Assembly: GCF_001194135.2 (NCBI RefSeq)
Contig: NC_068990.1
Span: 78,683,258 to 78,747,257, forward strand
DNA from: Octopus bimaculoides
Lineage: Eukaryota
Length of the DNA stretch: 64,000 bases
Reading direction: 5' to 3'
Shown here: positions 62,740-64,000 of the stretch, one piece after another
Position numbering within the stretch: position 1 is the first letter of the stretch
How the letters are laid out: each line of letters starts with the position of its first letter
Position numbers and translations under genes: made by a program
The notes under the pieces: generated by a model
What the model was told of the DNA's origin: nothing
The model's input: the letters and a program-made list of their open reading frames with translations, nothing else
Databases searched by the model: none

Positions 62740-64000
62740 TATTAACATATATTGGTTTTATATTTTGGCACGAGGCCAGCAATTTCGTGGGGAGAGAGTA
62801 AGTCTATTACATCGCCCCTAGTGTTCAACTGGAACTTATTTTAATGACCCCGAAAGGATGAAAGCCAAAGGCGACCTCAGAGGAATTTGAACGCAGAATG
62901 TATAGGCGAACGAAATACCGCTAAGCATTTTGTCCGGCGTACTAAGGTGCTTGCCAGTTGACAGCCTTTATTTGAACATATACTAACATGTATTTCGCAT
63001 ATATCAATATATAGTAACGTGTCATAACAACTTGAATATAGTAAATATACATAAGAGGATCTTTGGTGAGTAGATACACCAGATCGATTAGGTAAGCGGT
63101 ATTTTATTGGTCGAATGACCAGGTTCATTTGAAGATCCATTATTCCAAATATGCCTTTTTGTAACAACATGCAGTGGGATATTGCTGTGAGTCTTGTGTG
63201 ACAGAGCGATATATTGCAGCTGGCCTTCATAAAACCTGTATTTGTTAGGGTCAGGTACAATAGAAGTGGACATGGTGGGCTACATGGGAGAAACCAAGGC
63301 TGTGTGGTGAAGAAGTTTGTTACGCAATTAAATGTTTACGGTTTCAATCTCAATTCGTGGTTTCCTGAACAATTGTCTTCTCAGTTAAATTTGGTTTACA
63401 GGAACTGAGGGAAATTCTGTCGAAGGTCCGTTAATATTTTTGGATAGTAGACCTTATATCGGTTTAACCCCCACCCCAACTGGTGTCTATGTACGTTTAC
63501 TTGTGTCTGTTATAGTAACAATTGGTTCAGGCTTTTGAAGTGTAAATAATTTCCTCCATTCTTCTCACCAATGACGGTGGCTCTGAAAAGTATCATCCCT
63601 GTTACCCTTCGGCCTTCTCTCTTCACCCAAGATAAACAGACGACATTGTGGTCGTCTGCACGTAATGTTTTGTGCTGATGACCAAACTTAATTTACTTTC
63701 TTTTATTTCTCTAATCGTTTAACTCATCAATTCATTTAGTTCTTAGTTTAATCATTCGTTATTTCTCTTATCTCCTCTTTTACACCCCGCTTCTGTTGTT
63801 TGTCTTCATATTTACTCACACACACACGCACATGCATTCATCTAGATATTGTATACATATACATACATGATACACACACACACACACGCACACACACACG
63901 TACGTACCTACCTACCTACCTACTTACCTACCTACCTACCTACCTACCTACATAAACATACATACATGCGTGTGTATTGTATTGCATTGCTACATATCCA

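Larger units (their letters stand above)
1..64000. repeat. Dense simple-sequence repeats throughout: (CA)n, (TA)n, (AG)n, (GAT)n, (TAG)n, (ATT)n, (CTT)n, (TATG)n, (CCTA)n
   Basis: Examples: (CA)n 2405-2475, 24553-24614, 59340-59416; (TA)n 23198-23258; (TAG)n 27700-27765; (CTT)n(ATT)n 30044-30165; (TAC)n(TTC)n 41343-41443. Confidence 0.98.

Overview
AT-rich, microsatellite- and transposon-dense eukaryotic genomic DNA with 8 N-gaps. The repeat landscape suggests a coleoid cephalopod (Octopus-like); this is inference. Two convergent spliced genes are supported. (1) On +, SUGCT (succinyl-CoA:glutarate CoA-transferase, CaiB/BaiF class III). 13 coding exons can be read from ATG 10221 to TAA 50908 with consistent phases and the catalytic Asp motif GVAMTD. 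A short exon 2 of 3n+1 nt is required but was not found and probably lies in a gap. (2) On -, the last three coding exons (58969-58856, 56582-56444, 54721-54535) of a prolyl 4-hydroxylase-like Fe(II)/2-oxoglutarate dioxygenase. It has an intact HxD...H...K motif and an unusual Cys/Trp/Tyr/Asp-rich C-terminal tail; its 5' half was not located. Introns hold two decayed mariner transposons, several LINE remnants (RTE, CR1/L2, R4-like), hAT and other MITEs, and at least four SINE-like families. The most notable signal is a set of small type I hammerhead ribozyme motifs in short, mostly microsatellite-flanked repeats resembling Penelope-like element termini. There is a canonical one at 62556-62598, one in the sense strand of SUGCT intron 4 at 30809-30854, and three variant or degenerate ones. 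A second copy of the 62.6 kb element at 55.2 kb begins almost exactly at the predicted self-cleavage site.
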